40,836 nt of DNA from Blastocystis sp. subtype 4 (taxonomy: Eukaryota): contig NW_014569473.1 of NCBI RefSeq assembly GCF_000743755.1, positions 1 through 40,836 of the forward strand, in the 5' to 3' direction. The notes under the pieces were generated by a model. That model was not told the DNA's origin. It saw only the letters and a list, made by a program, of their open reading frames with translations, and did no database searches. Of this stretch, positions 37,586 to 40,836 are shown one piece after another (the stretch's first letter is position 1; the number at the start of each line of letters is the position of its first letter). The translations under genes were made by a program, and so were the position numbers.

Positions 37586-37633
37586 TAACCTCCTTCAAAT
37601 AGAAAAAACTGAAAACCTGTGACCAACCACTTA

Positions 37634-37651
37634 TTCTAGAAGCTTCTAGGA
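37634..37651. promoter_or_regulatory. Heat-shock element upstream of DnaJ
   Basis: TTC-TA-GAA-GC-TTC-TA-GGA: three perfect alternating nGAAn units plus one imperfect unit, about 50 nt from the Hsp40 ATG. Confidence 0.7.
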
Positions 37652-37829
37652 AATAACCCTGGCCAGAATACCCAAATTCCCGTTTGCACCGGACATTTTC
37701 TTGATCTATTACAGCTTCTCTAGATTCTATAGAAGGTCCTTTTCTGTTGGATTCGATTGTTCAGCCCCTTTTGTTGTCGATTGAATTATTTCTACTAGAA
37801 GACATTCGTTAACTCTCGAATAAGGTAGA

Positions 37830-39213
37830 ATGAGGACGCAGAGATGCCAGAAATATTGTTTTCTGCTCTCTCTACTTCTCTTTTCTGCATTGTTTTCTCT
37901 TTGTATACATCTTTTGGAGGATACTCTTCTGTTCTCATCAGCTATTGTTTCAGTCAGCAGGCCTCATCCTCAAAACAGTATTTCTGTGAGTAAACAGCTG
38001 AAACAGTCAGATAACGATCAACAAGACTCCGGAATCTCCAATCACAAGCTTGTACAGCATCTGAGTCAACAGAGTTCTGGTGAAGTGGAGCCATTTCGAA
38101 ACGAATGGGGTGAATTTGATCGAATTCTTTACATTCAACGGAATTATCATCGGTTCAATACTCCTGAAATGGAACGGAAACGGAACGAAGTGATTCGACT
38201 GTTGAATTCGAACTCAAATCAACTAGAAAGGAATGTTGTCTTTCAAGAGATGAAGGAAACTGGATTAGGCAATAGTCTGTTGGCTGTTGCATCCTCCTAC
38301 ATTGTCTCCCGTCTTCTAAATGCTTCGTTTCAAGGTTTTGTTTAGATTTGTGGTTGAAGCGTAGTGAATTGGTCCATGTATCACAATGCCTTTGAAGCTC
38401 CCCTTGTAAACTTTAACACAAACATTACTTGTTTCCATCGAATTGTGGTTTAATTCATAGATGGAACTGCTGATTCTTCATATTCAAAATGGAAAATCCG
38501 TTGGTCTGGATGTAATCCATCCATCCAGGCTCTTGAAACAATATCTATCAACCAATTAGTACCCGCACCAAACCTGGTTATTACTGCCTACTATGACTAT
38601 TCCAAGCATCTACTTAAATCTCGCCAATATGATTCTGCCTTGATTTCTGCTGGTCTTGCAGATGTTCCTTCATGGGAAGTTTCGAAGCAGACCTATTATG
38701 CCGAATTCGCTTTAATGTCATCTGTCCGATTGTTCTTTCAACCCAAACTGTTTCTTCGTTCCTACATTGATTCCTTTTTGACAAGGTGGAAGTCTTTCCA
38801 TCTGATTGGTCTACAAATCCGAATGGGTTCAGGAGGAGCTGACTTCCGAGATTCCCATCGATTTTTGCATTTTTCGGCAGTTTCGACGTTTGTTTCTCTT
38901 GCTGAAGAATACCGCAAGGCACATGGTTATTCGGAGAATCAAGTAAAATGGTTCCTCAGTACGGATTCCAGCAAGGTCGAAAAGAATCTTATGGACTCGT
39001 TTCCTGATCGTGTAATTGTAATGGAGTCGTTTCGTCGTGGTCACAGTAGTCAAGAGAAATCGAACCGAAATGGGTTCTACCGAGCGGTGTTGGATGTGAC
39101 AGTGTTGAGTCAATGTGAGTTTATTGTTCTGACAAATCACAGTAGTTTTGGCATGATTGCCCGAATGTTGGCAACGAAGTCATCATTTGCTATTGTACCC
39201 GCCATAGGTTATT
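37830..39213 (+). CDS. Type II membrane fucosyltransferase-like glycosyltransferase (GT11/23/37-type motifs)
   Basis: N-terminal TM, GLGNSLLA, IGLQIRMG, WFLSTDS and DVTVLSQCEFIVLTNHSSFG correspond to the GDP-fucose-binding motifs of alpha-2/alpha-6 fucosyltransferases. Confidence 0.7.
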
Positions 39214-39255
39214 CCAATGTTTGTTTTAAGAGTACCTCTGTCTACGCTCCTGTCA

Positions 39256-40018
39256 TCAAACATCAAATAGACTAACAAAACTAGGAACCACACCAGCATA
39301 TAACCGACTTAACTCAGCATAGTTGAAGGGTTGAAGGGCAAAGTTACTCTTCTGTATCTGCTCATTATACACAGTTGTTATTTGTTTTCCTTCTGGATAG
39401 ATGACAGATCGAATCTGACTTAGCAAACGAAATACAGACGGATCACACGAAGGAAGATACTCAATCTATCCATGAAAGAATCTATAAAGACAAACATCCA
39501 TAACAAGGCACTTCTGATCACGATTATTGATAAAAATCGTTCCATATCGCACAAACATGTCCTGCAATCGATATTCCTCACCCTAGAATCGAAAAACATC
39601 AACTACATTACAACAACAGCCATTGAATAGGAGCTAGTAAAAATACCCAAAGATGGATGATAAAGAGACAGTATTGCACTATTTACAATGATTGAATTGA
39701 GATGACTTGATATAAGCACATTGTCTGGAATATGGGATGCTTTTACGATAGTTGTAATCTAATCAGTAATACATACTCAAAATTCTACGTCTGATGGAGA
39801 ATCCTTTTCAGATCGCAATTGAGTGGCTTTTCCTTTAAGTTTGTATTGGTTAATAGCTAGATCCCACTTTGAGGAAAATGATCCACCAATATTCTAGACT
39901 CAATTCCACATTACAGCAATACCACAATTCTCTGTTGAATCCTCTGAATTACTTCAGAAAAGGAATCTTTAGGTCTGTCAATAATACAAATGTGAGCTCC
40001 TGTAACAGTGCTGGCCAT
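39256..40018 (-). CDS. MED20: Mediator subunit Med20-like (multi-exon)
   Basis: Spliced ...IQQRIVNIGGSFSSKWDLAINQY... and GEEYRLQDMFVRYGTIFI...LVMDIEYLPSC resemble Med20 (G..Y...DF.V.VG.V......VEVEY.P). Confidence 0.6.
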
Positions 40019-40424
40019 TTTTATCTGAGAATGAGTCGTTTTCACTGCGATCTACACTACACAATCACTCTTCATGAGTAATAGTTTGGACATTTGTTCA
40101 ACATGGATCATTGGAAGAAGAATAACTTCATATTCATGAAATAGTTTAAGAAATATGAAAACAAGTGCTAGGATTATCGTTGTTGTACTAAATGGAGCTA
40201 CAATTTGGTCTTGAGTTGAAAAATCTAGAATCCCATAGACTATTCAAAGAATAGATTTCACGTTTCCAGGAAGTGATTCGTATGATTCGATAGATTATGA
40301 ATGTGAAAGGCCCAATAAAACATGTACGTCTAGGGATAAATTTACAGATGGCATTTGATTATTATGGGTTAAATGTAAGAAATAGGGTAATTACGTTCTA
40401 CAATTCGATAGATAGTTATTCCTT

Positions 40425-40836
40425 ATGCTTATTGTTATTGCATTGCTACTTTTTTGTAATTACCACACTAGAGCATGATCCTTAGGTGGAATTGTCTGTG
40501 ATGTCACTTGTGATTCCTCTCACGTTTATGCGAAGATAACGAAACAGACGTATCAACAGGCAAATGAAGAATCATTTAAAATCTATAATGGTGATACTTT
40601 GCTTTATTCATCTCCATTACTTCAAGACAACCAATATCTAGAATTTGAGGTGTGTCTGGAGACGTCTATCAGTAATCAGTACTCATTACAGATGTTAGAC
40701 ATACGAGATGATGCTTGGGCTGATGGTGCTTGGATTGAAATAGAAGGAATGAATGGAAACATTGTGTACAAGGGAATGATGACTGAAAGGAGTGTTCAAA
40801 CAGAACAGTTCTCTCTGTATTCTCCTATCAACAAGA
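40425..40836 (+). CDS. Secreted/surface protein, 3' truncated
   Basis: MLIVIALLLF, 30-nt intron 40456-40485, then CGIVCDVTC...YSLQMLDIRDDAWADGAWIEIEG..., open to the window end. Confidence 0.7.

Overview
AT-rich, very compact eukaryotic nuclear DNA, most likely Blastocystis (stramenopile). This is inferred from three features: dense ~26-36 nt GT-AG introns that fragment the ORF track, very short intergenic gaps, and a TGTTTGTT element at gene 3' ends. By manual splicing I reconstruct about 22 genes: an Ig-repeat surface protein, LEO1, DNA2, two TM9SF paralogs, a 55-aa micro-ORF, a CEP192/SPD-2-like protein, poly(A) polymerase, NOT3, an ankyrin/FN3/SAM protein, a stand-alone UBL, a DHHC palmitoyltransferase, PRMT1, a bromodomain-ET protein, a coiled-coil protein, a PPR-like protein, PrimPol, NDUFA12, PPIL1, DnaJ-A, a fucosyltransferase-like protein, MED20 and a truncated secreted protein. 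The strongest pattern concerns stop codons. Five or six genes appear to lack a genomic stop at the expected position and probably get UAA from polyadenylation (in-frame T or TA, 4 nt, then TGTTTGTT). Six more have a genomic stop whose T sits at exactly the same offset. This mechanism is already described for Blastocystis; the individual cases here are my inferences. Other points of interest are a PrimPol apparently fused to an unknown N-terminal domain, a SPD2-domain protein in a non-flagellated lineage, back-to-back 3'-end signals between convergent genes, and a heat-shock element upstream of DnaJ. Exon boundaries were read by eye, gene ends are approximate where stated, and no database searches were run.
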